Of a DNA stretch of 64,000 nt, positions 54,001-63,138 are shown one piece after another. Position 1 is the first letter of the stretch, and each line of letters opens with the position of its first letter. A model generated the notes under the pieces. The model did not search any database. It had not been told where the DNA came from and was given only the letters and a program-made list of their open reading frames with translations. A program made the position numbers and the translations under genes. The stretch is from Spirulina sp. (GTDB lineage: Bacteria; Cyanobacteriota; Cyanobacteriia; Phormidesmidales; Phormidesmidaceae), in NCBI GenBank assembly GCA_044070495.1, contig JBIPSI010000025.1, positions 17,563-81,562 on the forward strand. The letters run 5' to 3'.

Positions 54001-55591
54001 GGAAGATGGTGACCATCGCTGTGGCTGCACTGGATAGGCCATCAGCATCTTGTAGATAGTAGGTGAAGGCATCTTGGAGTCCATCGGCAGGGCTACTAGG
54101 GCCAGTGTAGTTAAAGCTGCCATCTCCAAACACCGTGTAGGTGCCACCTGCTGTGGTGGTGAAGGTGACGCTATCGCTCTGACTTGAGAAGGTATAGTCG
54201 CTCTCCAGACTGGTGCCATCCGATTCAATCACCAGGGTGAAGGGGTCGCCATCGGGATCGGCGTCGTTGGCCAGCAGACCATTAAAGCGATCTACACTCA
54301 GGCTGTTCGACATGGTAGCCAGGTCGATACCGTAGTTGTCGTTGTTGGCGATGGGAACAGAGTCTTCGGTGCTAGCATCGAACAGGCGGATGTTGCCGAA
54401 GGTAACATTCGCCTGAGATGCATTGGAGAAGCCTAACTGTCCGGCTTTGAATGCCGTTAACCCGGCATCGGCAGCGCTAGCTTCCAGCACCAGTGCACCA
54501 TCCACCGTTACTTTAATAAAAGCGGACGTGTAGGTAATAGAGAAGGTGTACTGCGTACCAGGTTGCCACCAGTTAGCCGTGCCCGCATTCGAGTCGAAGA
54601 CATCAGCCTGAGTAGGGTCTCCATCCGCCGGTTCACCGTCAACATAGACCAGAAACTGGCCACCGTTGGCATCAACATTACCGCTATTGTCTCCGGCAAT
54701 GCCCGCTAGGCCATAGGGAGAGCTGCCCCCCTGGCTCCAGGTAAACCCGACATATTCCTCCGGGAAGGCGTCGCCATCGGTATTTTGGTAGCCGAGAACG
54801 AACCCAATCCAGTCATCATCAGCTTCACCCTGAGCCACCTGCAAGGTGCCAGTCACCGTTGTGTTGATGACATTGGCTTCGTCAGACAGCAGGAACATGG
54901 TGCCTGACGTGTTGTTAACGAGTTGTAAAACCGAACGACCACTGGCTGCCAGGGTAAAGTCTTGACCAGGATTATTCGGGTCTACCCAGGTTCCACCTGG
55001 GACACCTTCCACGTCCCAGGTGCGCATGTCGGCAAATTCACCGGCCATGGCGTATTGCCAGGAGGCTTGCACCGTTTCTGACACCACGATGGGGGTGGCA
55101 ATGGGGCCAGTGCGCACTTCTAAGGCCCAGTCGCCGCCAACCCCAGTAACATTCTCGGAGGCAGCAATAGTGACCCCTGTAATACTAGCTAAGTCGGTCA
55201 CCAACTGGCGACCGGCCTCTCCAAATCCTAGGTGACAGGCATAGAGCAACAATTCACCCATGTGGTTGAGGGTTTGGCCAATGGCGTGTAGAGCTTTGTC
55301 ATAGACCGATAGGGTGTTGCGGTTAAGAACAGCCGTACCAAGTTTAGTTTCTCCCGGAACACCGTGGCTGAGGATATGAATTGCATCAACCTTTACCTCT
55401 TGGGACAAAGCGTTGGCGATAAATCGCATCCCATCTACCGTGGGCTGGATGACGTGAACCTTTGCGGTGGGACGCATACCCCGCAGCAAGGTTTGGTAAT
55501 CGGGCAAGTTAGCATCAACGAAAACAAGTTCATTGATGGGGGATAGGGTTTTAGCGACCGACCGACGAGATTGAGACATAGTTGACTCCAT
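51071..55591 (-). CDS. Large secreted/surface adhesin-like protein: DUF4347, TSP-C-like lectin, cadherin/Ig-like repeats, FG-GAP repeats
   Basis: DUF4347 'LVFVDANLPDYQTL...IHILSHG...LLLYAC...GGDWALE'; 'DDDWIGFVLGYQ'; 'LLANDADPDGD'; five FG-GAP 'DxxxDG..D/E..W' repeats; start ATG 55591 or 55579. Confidence 0.88.
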   Translation of the reverse strand: MESTMSQSRRSVAKTLSPINELVFVDANLPDYQTLLRGMRPTAKVHVIQPTVDGMRFIANALSQEVKVDAIHILSHGVPGETKLGTAVLNRNTLSVYDKALHAIGQTLNHMGELLLYACHLGFGEAGRQLVTDLASITGVTIAASENVTGVGGDWALEVRTGPIATPIVVSETVQASWQYAMAGEFADMRTWDVEGVPGGTWVDPNNPGQDFTLAASGRSVLQLVNNTSGTMFLLSDEANVINTTVTGTLQVAQGEADDDWIGFVLGYQNTDGDAFPEEYVGFTWSQGGSSPYGLAGIAGDNSGNVDANGGQFLVYVDGEPADGDPTQADVFDSNAGTANWWQPGTQYTFSITYTSAFIKVTVDGALVLEASAADAGLTAFKAGQLGFSNASQANVTFGNIRLFDASTEDSVPIANNDNYGIDLATMSNSLSVDRFNGLLANDADPDGDPFTLVIESDGTSLESDYTFSSQSDSVTFTTTAGGTYTVFGDGSFNYTGPSSPADGLQDAFTYYLQDADGLSSAATAMVTIFQDNTDPTSILVEDVDAGDRPNIIVEEGSAVDTDIATVTVVDGDPNDQHDLELVDASGGAFKIVDGVLKVRDTTALNSQTSHTITIKATDLVDQSITVSNITIQVDPNALPTSANNSASIRINNVLAFGTGDFAFSDADGDSFASLKINQTPTFGTLFLDANENDTVDSGETIQANINDIIAKADLDAGRLKYISAVDGNTSFLFSVNDGAAFQASPNTMSLTVNANSAPTGGVTLTGDTTIGSTLTADTSSLADADGLGTFTYRWEISTSGSSWSTIDGATSSTYTLLPEDVNKKVRVIVSYEDGGGASESVTSDASGDVALTTPPGARSATSDSGEVFLGGNFIELGISTLGDFGTLGGRPEGFFGTDARSTIGMSADFDGFGQGNDFRTDYFLPGGPEERWVVGYKVEGAATTGSNSAQASSTGNIVMDGVTNTSSGDTLSALISANLNEALKVEQVVRYGVNDKFFATIITLTNTTAGALDSVRYMRSFDPDNTVDVGGDFSTINTVIATVAEDGIAAVEAKTLGAGDPIFDATGLSSPVVLFSTDARAKASYFGFTNTNPYDPAAYETTPEKGVSNTADIGITMTFDVGTLAAGASTSFVYYTSLDGRSFEDILAGGLPPTGVVTISGDLTQGQTVTADVSNLADFDGLPDPSTFTYQWQQSIDGINWVDIDGATGTSLDLRNDQVGKFLRYSVSYVDGKGTSETMVGVSTTSVTEKFDATNDFNGDGSVDIFWQQQSSGEAVFWLMDNVTLSSGDFLSPSVGSPDWKIQAVGDLDGNGGPDLVWRHQFSNETAVWLMNGTSLDSGAMLPNDAGPEWQIADTADFNGDGKDDILWRHATAGQLAVWYMDGATRTGGELLNTPNFTETAWSVVAAGDFSGDGDVEILWQHNTSGQVAAWNMNGIDFVDGAIIATYDPGWTIQGAADFNQDGNLDLLWENIASGENSVWFMSGTSFTGNGVALPSVDPGWVSIV

Positions 55592-56453
55592 AGGGACGCA
55601 CAAGCAAAGATGCTGAACCGAAACTTGGCTCAAAAAACCTTGACACTGACACTCGACTTTTAGAACTGAGCGTGAATCCACCACAAACCACACAGAACTA
55701 CTTAGTTCAAGACCCCTTACCCACAGCGATAAAAGACCTTGAACCCGTTAGCCTGTCAGCGTTTAGAGCATGTAGAAAACAGACCCTAACCGTTGATGCA
55801 ATTTTGAAAAAAGGACACTTCAAAAATGGTGGCATTGAGGTGGAGAGAACTTCGCGGATGAGCTTCTCCATGCACCAGAAATAGACTCGCGGATAGCGCT
55901 ACCGTTAATTCTCCAGACACTAAAAGGGCTGACTAATTACCAGCCTTCTGGTGAATAACCCTAGCCTGCTATTAACCAACCCAGCGCCGCCTGCCATTGA
56001 CTGACACCAGGGCAATTATTAAGCTTTCTACTGAGCATCGCTGGGTAGTGATTGACTGATATAGCCTAATACTGACATCGCAAAGACAAAAAAGATACAA
56101 AGGATACGGAAAGCTCTTTAAAGAGTTCATCAAACTTAGATGGGCATGTAGAACCTCCACATTCTTAGAGATAGCAATGAAATCTAGGAAACCCATAGAT
56201 TTTTGCCCAACTTGGCAATTGTTGGCGGATACAAGGGCCTAGACCGCAAAATCCTAGACCTATCACTAGATCATCTGGATGCCTACCCCTAAGATTGCCC
56301 ATAAGCGATGGCGATCATTCAGGGAAAAACAAAGTTTCACAATACTTAAGAGATATTGAAGTGTTCACATTCATTTTTAAGATTCTTCAGCCATTGACAA
56401 ACATGGGATCCGTAAAATTTCGGAATAATCTTTAGCTGCAAAAATCCAGACAC

Positions 56454-56479
56454 AAAAAAACCAGGGGATTCCCCCTGGT
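56454..56479 (-). terminator. Intrinsic terminator after the MoaD/ThiS gene
   Basis: accagggg / cccctggt stem followed by T7 on the minus strand. Confidence 0.75.
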
Positions 56480-56548
56480 CAGTAATCGTTTAAGTTGTTA
56501 GCCATAGACGGCTAATCCCGCTGTAGGAGACACCTACAACAAGCTTGT

Positions 56549-56824
56549 TTAGCCCCCAGCCACGGCGGGGACAATGCTAACTTCGTCACCATCGTTTAGG
56601 ACAGTTTCTTTACCATCCAAGAAACGAATATCTTCGCTGTTGACGTAGAAATTTACAAAACGGCGCAACTCACCAGAATCATCACAAAGACGGGCTTTGA
56701 TGCCGGGGTAGTGGCTTTCTAGGGTGTCCAACAACTCCACGATATTGCCGCCTGCACATTCAATGGCGGCTTCGTTGTTGGTGAACTTTTGCAGCGGAGT
56801 CGGAATCAGAACTTTAATGGCCAT
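56549..56824 (-). CDS. MoaD/ThiS/CysO-family ubiquitin-like sulfur carrier
   Basis: 'MAIKVLIPTPLQKFT...VNFYVNSEDIRFL...SIVPAVAGG' with C-terminal GG; start ATG 56824. Confidence 0.92.
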   Translation of the reverse strand: MAIKVLIPTPLQKFTNNEAAIECAGGNIVELLDTLESHYPGIKARLCDDSGELRRFVNFYVNSEDIRFLDGKETVLNDGDEVSIVPAVAGG

Positions 56825-56890
56825 GTCACTAACTAAATGGAGCAAAACAAACATTATAGGGCGGGTATTGCCCACCAAAATTGCCTCCCT

Positions 56891-57175
56891 GTAGGGTGGG
56901 CAATGCCCACCACCACCTACCACTATTGCGACCCCACCCCATTTATTTACCAGCGGTTACATACCACCGTTACCCATTGTGCCGTTTGGCTAGAGTGATT
57001 AGGGGTTTGCCGCTTTAACCTAGGGGCTTGGTGGGCAGTGCCCACCCTACGGGATCTCAAAGGCTTTAACCTAGGGGCTTGAATTAACAAAATTGTTGGT
57101 GGGCAGTGCCCACCCTACGGGCTTTCCGGCCTCCCCCTCTCCCAAGTTGGGAGAGGGGGACTGAGGGGGTGAGGG
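56891..57175. repeat. Cluster of REP-like short dispersed repeats
   Basis: gtagggtgggcaatgcccacc (56891-56911), inverted copies at 57030-57050 and 57098-57118, and a ctccccctctccc..gggagaggggga..gggggtgaggg element (57131-57175). Confidence 0.8.
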
Positions 57176-57185
57176 CCTCTGGGGC

Positions 57186-58505
57186 TTAGACCAGCACTTG
57201 CTGCCACTCTAGGCGATCCAGGGTGCGTGCCCGTTCCAGTGCCCGCTCGAAGCTGTCGAGCTTGGGTTCGATGGTGAGGGGTTCGCCGATGTAGCCCTGG
57301 ACGGCTTCTTGGGTTTTGAGGCCGTTGCCGGTGATGTAGGCGACGGTGCATTCGTCGGGGTCAATCTTACCTGCTTCCGCCAGCTTCTTCAGCACGGCGA
57401 TGGTGGTGCCGCCAGCGGTTTCGGTGAAGATGCCCTCGGTTTCCGCCAGCAGTTTCATCCCTTCGACGATCTCCGCATCGGTAACGGATTCGATGTTGCC
57501 GTTGGTTTTGCGGGCGATGTCGAGGGCGTAGATGCCGTCAGCGGGGTTGCCGATGGCGATGGACTTGGCAATGGTGCTGGGCTTCACGGGGGAGACGAAA
57601 TCGCGCCCGTCCCGGAAGGCTTGGGCGATGGGGGAGCAGCCTTCGGCCTGGGCACCGCTGAAGCGCACATCCTTGGCATCCACCAAGCCCACTTTAATAA
57701 ATTCTTGGAAGCCCTTGTGAATCTTGGTGAACAGGGAGCCAGAGGCCAGGGGAGCCACCACATGGTCGGGCAAGCGCCAGCCCAGTTGTTCGGCCACCTC
57801 AAAGCCGAGGGTCTTGGAGCCTTCGGAGTAGTAGGGGCGCAGGTTGATGTTGACGAAGCCCCAGCCGTAGGAGTTGGCGACCTCAGAGCAGAGGCGGTTG
57901 ACTTGGTCGTAATTGCCGTGGACGGCCATCACCGTGGGGCCGTAGATTAGGGTGCCGAGGACTTTCCCGGCTTCCAGGTCGGAGGGAATAAAGACGCAGC
58001 AGTCGAGGCCAGCATGGGCGGCAATGGCGGCGGTAGAGTTGGCCAGGTTCCCGGTGCTGGCACAGGAAACGGTGGTGAAGCCCAGTTCACGGGCACGGGT
58101 CAGCGCCACGGAGACCACCCGATCCTTGAAGCTGAGGGTGGGCATGTTGACGGCATCGTTTTTAATGTAAAGCTCTTTGAGGCCGAGGCGACGGGCGAGG
58201 CGATTGGCCCGCACCAGGGGGGTCATCCCGGTGCCCACGTCGATGACATCATCAGTGCTGACGGGCAGAAACTCTTTGTAGCGCCAAATCGACAGAGGGC
58301 CAGCCTGAATGGTGCTGCGAGACACCCGCTGACGAATCGCGTCGTAATCGTAGGCCACTTCGAGGGGGCCAAAGCACACATCTTCGCAAACGTGCTTGGC
58401 CGCCGCTTCATACATTTCGCCGCACTCGCGACACTTCAGCCCGGTGAAGGTGGGGGCGTGGGTCTTAGCGGACTCGGTCACAAGGCGTTCGAGAGACTGG
58501 GTCAT
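57186..58505 (-). CDS. thrC: Threonine synthase-family PLP enzyme with N-terminal zinc ribbon
   Basis: 'CRECG..CEDVCFGPL', 'GMTPL', PLP-Lys 'PTLSFKDR', 'CASTGNLANS', 'EGSKT', 'ITGNGLK'. Confidence 0.88.
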   Translation of the reverse strand: MTQSLERLVTESAKTHAPTFTGLKCRECGEMYEAAAKHVCEDVCFGPLEVAYDYDAIRQRVSRSTIQAGPLSIWRYKEFLPVSTDDVIDVGTGMTPLVRANRLARRLGLKELYIKNDAVNMPTLSFKDRVVSVALTRARELGFTTVSCASTGNLANSTAAIAAHAGLDCCVFIPSDLEAGKVLGTLIYGPTVMAVHGNYDQVNRLCSEVANSYGWGFVNINLRPYYSEGSKTLGFEVAEQLGWRLPDHVVAPLASGSLFTKIHKGFQEFIKVGLVDAKDVRFSGAQAEGCSPIAQAFRDGRDFVSPVKPSTIAKSIAIGNPADGIYALDIARKTNGNIESVTDAEIVEGMKLLAETEGIFTETAGGTTIAVLKKLAEAGKIDPDECTVAYITGNGLKTQEAVQGYIGEPLTIEPKLDSFERALERARTLDRLEWQQVLV

Positions 58506-58626
58506 GGGTTTGGGCCTGTAGCTTACAACAACTTAAACGATGGAAACGACTGGAAAAGGGCTGACTCAGCCATCCGTTGCGTTTCGTTGAGCGAACTGTA
58601 GCACGACCACCAAACCGTCACCAACT

Positions 58627-58651
58627 ATACCCGACCAAAAAAGTCGGATAT
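58627..58651. promoter_or_regulatory. Inverted-repeat operator candidate upstream of thrC-moaD
   Basis: atacccgac-N7-gtcggatat (8/9 symmetric). Confidence 0.5.
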
Positions 58652-58786
58652 TATCAAAACCCTTGACCTAGAAACCATTGGGCGATTTTGCAGGAGGCTT
58701 TTGGCGGCGGGTGATCTCAACTGGGGGCAAAAAAATCAAAAAATTTGTTCCTGCGGCCTCAAAAAATGGCAGCGACCTGGGAAAAG

Positions 58787-58800
58787 GTAGTCCGCTATAC
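58787..58800 (+). promoter_or_regulatory. NtcA box upstream of ntcA (autoregulation)
   Basis: GTA-gtccgcta-TAC followed by aaa, ~195 nt before the ntcA ATG. Confidence 0.75.
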
Positions 58801-58993
58801 AAACGTGTCCCAAGCAGTTAAGGTTAAGTGTTCTAAAGTCATGGAACGCTTGCATTATCCAATGCCCCATGCTGGAAAGGCTGTCCATCCATTGAGGTCG
58901 CAGCATCCCTCGATTTCTGGGTGGGCAAGGATGTTAAGAATCCTGGAACCCCAGGAACGGCTGAAGTTTCCGTGATGGCCTTAGCAAAACGTT

Positions 58994-59665
58994 ATGGTAG
59001 TGACCCACGATAAACCCCTTGCTAATGTATTTCGCCAGCTTTCGGGTGGGGCTTTCCCGCCGGTTGTGGAGTCCTACGAACGCGGCAAAACGATTTTCTT
59101 TCCTGGGGATCCGGCAGAGCGAGTCTATTTTTTGCTGAAAGGGGCCGTCAAGCTATCGCGGGTCTACGAGGCGGGTGAGGAGATCACCGTGGCTCTGCTG
59201 CGGGAAAACAGCGTCTTCGGTGTGCTCTCCCTGATTACGGGCAACCGCTCTGACCGCTTCTATCACTCCGTCGCCTTCACCCCGGTGGAACTGCTGTCGG
59301 TGCCCATCGAGCAGGTGGAGCAAGCCCTAGAGGAAAACCCAGAACTGGCCATGGTGATGCTGCGGGGGCTGTCCTCCCGCATTCTGCAAACGGAAATGAT
59401 GATCGAAACCCTAGCCCACCGGGATATGGGGTCGCGTTTGGTTAGCTTTTTGCTCATCCTCTGCCGCGACTTTGGCGTCCCCAGCCAAGACGGTATCACC
59501 ATCGACCTCAAACTCTCCCACCAAGCCATCGCCGAAGCCATCGGCTCCACCCGCGTCACCGTCACCCGCCTGCTGGGGGATCTGCGCCAGGAAGGGATGA
59601 TTTCCATCTACAAAAAGAAAATCACCGTCCACGATCCCGTTAACCTCAGCCAGCAGTTTACCTAG
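58994..59665 (+). CDS. ntcA: Global nitrogen regulator NtcA (Crp family)
   Basis: '[49 protein letters not shown]'; HTH '[22 protein letters not shown]'. Confidence 0.98.
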   Translation: MVVTHDKPLANVFRQLSGGAFPPVVESYERGKTIFFPGDPAERVYFLLKGAVKLSRVYEAGEEITVALLRENSVFGVLSLITGNRSDRFYHSVAFTPVELLSVPIEQVEQALEENPELAMVMLRGLSSRILQTEMMIETLAHRDMGSRLVSFLLILCRDFGVPSQDGITIDLKLSHQAIAEAIGSTRVTVTRLLGDLRQEGMISIYKKKITVHDPVNLSQQFT

Positions 59666-59823
59666 GGCATCGGTACAGCATGGATAGAAACCCAGCTTCT
59701 TCATCCGGGTAACGAACAGGCTTGGGTCTTTACGAAGGTAGAAGCCGGGTTGCTGAACCGACATTCTAGGCCAGGAAATTTCTTCTAGACTGGTTATTGG
59801 AATCAAGTACTTAGGCTGATGCT

Positions 59824-60081
59824 ATGTTGACTAACGATTCTCAGTCGCAGCCCTCCCGACGTTCCGATGGCCCTGATTTAGCGTTGAAGGCGATCACCTA
59901 CAGTCTTGACTGCCTAATTCCGGGTTTTTACCTGTGGCTAGGGCCAATTAAGCTACGCTTAGGCGGCAGTTTGCCAGAGAAAGACTATCCTGGCATCATT
60001 CACAGCAAAGTAGGCGTTGCGATTGTTTTGCCGGGATATCGCATTTTCAGCACCTATCAGGGCACCTATGACCCTCGATAA
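59824..60081 (+). CDS. Small hypothetical protein
   Basis: 85-aa ORF overlapping the next ORF by 14 nt. Confidence 0.6.
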   Translation: MLTNDSQSQPSRRSDGPDLALKAITYSLDCLIPGFYLWLGPIKLRLGGSLPEKDYPGIIHSKVGVAIVLPGYRIFSTYQGTYDPR

Positions 60082-60298
60082 ACACAAGCTGGATGGGATT
60101 CCCCAAATCACCTCAAAGATATTGCCCGCTGAAACCTTTGAAGCATTGCTTTTGGCCGAAGGGTATCAACAAGCAGGTTCGGCTCCGGCCCAGGGCAATC
60201 GCATCAAGATCTGGTGGAATCATCCGAGGCATCGGCGCATTGAAGCAATCTACAGTTCGGACAGCAAGGTTGCCATCACCGCCTACCATGTGGACTAG
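60068..60298 (+). CDS. Small hypothetical protein, weak HicA-like pattern
   Basis: ATG 60068: 'MTLDKHKLDGIPQI...FEALLLAEGYQQAGS..QGNRIKIWWNHP..AITAYHVD'. Confidence 0.6.
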   Translation: MTLDKHKLDGIPQITSKILPAETFEALLLAEGYQQAGSAPAQGNRIKIWWNHPRHRRIEAIYSSDSKVAITAYHVD

Positions 60299-60375
60299 CG
60301 TTTTTGGCCCGCTACCAAATGGCCACTGCTGCGGCTATTCCCAATCTATAGACTTGCTTCAAAGACCCCATTACC

Positions 60376-60460
60376 GTAGGGTGAGCATTGCCCACCGTTG
60401 ATCTCGCGGTCACTGACAGGCTTGTGGGTGTTGGGTTTTGCTTCGCGGCACCCAACCTAC
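60376..60460. repeat. Two short dispersed palindromic repeats upstream of tmk
   Basis: gtagggtgagcattgcccacc (60376-60396, same family as 56891) and gttgggt..acccaacctac (~60430-60460). Confidence 0.65.
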
Positions 60461-60477
60461 GGGCTTTGTGTTAGGGG

Positions 60478-61167
60478 GTGGCTGTGCGGGGTAAGTTGAT
60501 TGTGTTTGAAGGGGTGGAGGGCTGTGGTAAGTCCACCCAGCTTCAGCGGCTACGGGAAAATTTGGCCCAGAGTGCGCCGTTTCAAGCTCTGCAAGCTCAG
60601 GGGATCGTTCCTGACGTGCTGACGACCCGTGAACCAGGGGGCACAGACCTAGGGGTGGGGTTGCGGCGGCTGTTGTTGGATAGTCAGCATGATGTGGTGA
60701 TTGCGCCACGGGCAGAACTGTTGCTTTACGCCGCCGACCGTGCCCAGCATATTGAAGAAACGATTCTGCCTGCCCTAGAGGCCGGACGTTGGGTGTTGTG
60801 TGATCGCTTTACCGATTCCACCGTGGCCTACCAGGGCTATGGTCGGGGGCTAGATTTGGGGTTAATTGCGGAACTCAACCAGGTGGCCACGGCTGGTCTG
60901 GTGCCCGATCTGACGATTTGGCTGAAGCTGGATGTGGAGCAGGGACTAGCCAGGGCGCAGCGGCGGGGATCGCAGGATCGCATGGAGCAAGCGGAACTGG
61001 CCTTTCACCAACGGGTGCAGCGGGGGTTTGAAGCCTTGGCCCAGCAATTTCCAGAGCAACGGGCTACCATTGACGGGGCACAGTCTGCCGATGTGGTGGC
61101 GGCGCAGATTAATACCGTGGTTCACAACTATTTGGCGCAATGGTACGAGCCCTTTTTAGCGATCTAG
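60478..61167 (+). CDS. tmk: Thymidylate kinase
   Basis: 'FEGVEGCGKSTQ', 'TREPGGT', 'LYAADRAQH', 'CDRFTDSTVAYQGYGRG'. Confidence 0.96.
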   Translation: MAVRGKLIVFEGVEGCGKSTQLQRLRENLAQSAPFQALQAQGIVPDVLTTREPGGTDLGVGLRRLLLDSQHDVVIAPRAELLLYAADRAQHIEETILPALEAGRWVLCDRFTDSTVAYQGYGRGLDLGLIAELNQVATAGLVPDLTIWLKLDVEQGLARAQRRGSQDRMEQAELAFHQRVQRGFEALAQQFPEQRATIDGAQSADVVAAQINTVVHNYLAQWYEPFLAI

Positions 61168-62111
61168 TGGGTCAAGACACCGCCATTGCCCTGCTGGCGC
61201 GGGCGGTGGAGCAGCGGCGGGTGGCTCCGGCCTACCTGTTTGCAGGGCCAAATGGTGTGGGGCGACGGCTGGCGGCGGAACGTTTTGCCGAGGTGCTGTT
61301 TGCCGCCGATCCCAGCCAACTCATCGGCCCAGATCCCGTCCAACGCCGCCGCATTGCCCAGCGCAACCACCCCGACCTGCTTTGGGTGGAGCCGACCTAT
61401 CTGCACCAGGGCACCCTGGTAACGGCCTCTGCCGCCGCCGAGCAGGGCGTTACCCGCAAAAGTGCGCCCCAAATTCGCCTAGAACAGGTGCGCCAGATTG
61501 CCCAATTCCTCAGCCGTCCACCGCTGGAATCCCCTCGGTGCGTGGTGGTGTTGGAAGCTGCCGAAACCATGGCCGAAGGAGCCGCCAACGGTCTGCTGAA
61601 AACCCTGGAAGAACCCGGACAGGCCACCATCTTACTGCTGGCCCCTGGCCCCCAAGCCCTGCTGCCCACCTTGGTGTCTCGCTGCCAAACCGTTCCCTTC
61701 CAGCGACTCAACAGCGCAGACCTAACCACCGTGCTGCAACGGGTGGGGCAAAGCGAAGTCCTCAACCATCCCCAGGTGTTGGCCATGGCCCAGGGCAGCC
61801 CTGGACAGGCGATTTCCGCCTACCAACAACTGCAAGCCATCCCCGCCGACCTGCTGCAAGCTCTCCACCAGCCCCCCCAAACCCTGCGCACCGCCCTCGA
61901 CCAAGGTCGCCAAGTCGCCAAAGCCCTGGATACCGAATCCCAGTTGTGGCTGCTGGATTATCTGCTGAACTGGTACTGGCAGAATTACCCCGTGGACAGT
62001 GCCCAATGGTTGCCCCACCTAGAAAAGGCCAAGGGCTACCTGCGGCGCTTCGTGCAGCCTCGCCTAGTCTGGGAAGTGATGTTTATGGAACTGGTTACCC
62101 TGGCCCGCTAG
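61140..62111 (+). CDS. holB: DNA polymerase III subunit delta'
   Basis: 'AYLFAGPNGVGR', 'NHPDLLWVEP', 'AANGLLKTLEEP', 'LLPTLVSRCQ'. Confidence 0.94.
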   Translation: MVRALFSDLVGQDTAIALLARAVEQRRVAPAYLFAGPNGVGRRLAAERFAEVLFAADPSQLIGPDPVQRRRIAQRNHPDLLWVEPTYLHQGTLVTASAAAEQGVTRKSAPQIRLEQVRQIAQFLSRPPLESPRCVVVLEAAETMAEGAANGLLKTLEEPGQATILLLAPGPQALLPTLVSRCQTVPFQRLNSADLTTVLQRVGQSEVLNHPQVLAMAQGSPGQAISAYQQLQAIPADLLQALHQPPQTLRTALDQGRQVAKALDTESQLWLLDYLLNWYWQNYPVDSAQWLPHLEKAKGYLRRFVQPRLVWEVMFMELVTLAR

Positions 62112-62182
62112 TCAGCCTTTTGGCCTCACAACGGCCCCAGATGGAAAACCGCTATAACTAGAGAGAGTTTGGGGAAGTAGGG

Positions 62183-62956
62183 ATGGACATTCATCGGCTG
62201 CGAGCCTTTCACGACAACTACATTTTTGTGCTGCATCACCCCGCCACCAATCAGGCCGCCGTGGTGGATCCGGGGGATGCGACCCCCGTGCTGAATTGGC
62301 TGGATCAGCACCATGCAAACCTTGTCGCCATTTTCAACACCCACCACCACAGCGACCATGTGGGCGGCAATCAGCGGTTGTTGAGGCGTTTTCCGGAGGC
62401 CACAGTGTACGGCGGAGCCGAAGATCGGGGGCGTATTCCAGGGCAAACGATCTTTTTGCAGGAGGGCGATAAGGTTTCCTTTGGAGATCGCACCGGGGAA
62501 GTTCTATTTGTCCCTGGCCACACCCGCGCCCACATTGCCTACTATTTCCCCCCTGTTGAGGTTGAGGATTGGGGCGAGCTATTCTGTGGCGACACCCTAT
62601 TTGCCGGAGGCTGTGGTCGTTTGTTTGAAGGCACCCCCGCCCAAATGGTCGATTCCCTCACCAAGTTGCGCCAACTGCCGGACACCACACGGGTCTGGTG
62701 CGCCCACGAATACACCCTTAACAATCTGCGATTTGCTGTCACCGTAGATACCAACAACGCTGTCCTAAATCAGCGATTGCGACAGGTAGAAATCGCTCGC
62801 CAACAGGATCAAGAAACGGTACCGTCAGAACTGGGCTTAGAAAAGCAAACCAATCCCTTTTTGCGATGGGATGTTCCAGCGATTCAATCCGCTATGCAAG
62901 GTCAAAATTCAGCCCAAACCTTTGCCCGACTGCGCGGCAAGAAGGATCTATTCTAG
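62183..62956 (+). CDS. gloB: Hydroxyacylglutathione hydrolase (glyoxalase II)
   Basis: '[10 protein letters not shown]', 'PGHTRAH', '[15 protein letters not shown]', 'CAHEYT', 'EKQTNPFLR'. Confidence 0.95.
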   Translation: MDIHRLRAFHDNYIFVLHHPATNQAAVVDPGDATPVLNWLDQHHANLVAIFNTHHHSDHVGGNQRLLRRFPEATVYGGAEDRGRIPGQTIFLQEGDKVSFGDRTGEVLFVPGHTRAHIAYYFPPVEVEDWGELFCGDTLFAGGCGRLFEGTPAQMVDSLTKLRQLPDTTRVWCAHEYTLNNLRFAVTVDTNNAVLNQRLRQVEIARQQDQETVPSELGLEKQTNPFLRWDVPAIQSAMQGQNSAQTFARLRGKKDLF

Positions 62957-63138
62957 CCATTTTCTAGGATCTAAAAGCCGTCCTTCCACAGTTTGATTAT
63001 CTCAACTCCTAGCTAATCATGCCCTAATTTCTTTGATTAGCTGTACTACATTGCCGGGAAAATGAGGGTGACTAAGCAGGATTTGGCATCGAGTTTGGTA
63101 TGATTCTAGGGTTCGTTTGAGTCTACTCAAGACTTAGG

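Noticed and set aside
50810..56450. Integrative element or prophage at tRNA-Ala
   Set aside because: No integrase or phage genes, and I found no duplicated tRNA 3' end (att site) in the window
56891..57175. CRISPR array
   Set aside because: Repeats are ~21 nt, in mixed orientation and irregularly spaced, with no cas genes; they fit REP-like repeats
58506..58620. Riboswitch upstream of thrC
   Set aside because: No recognisable SAM, TPP, cobalamin or Moco aptamer motifs; only the short inverted repeat is supported
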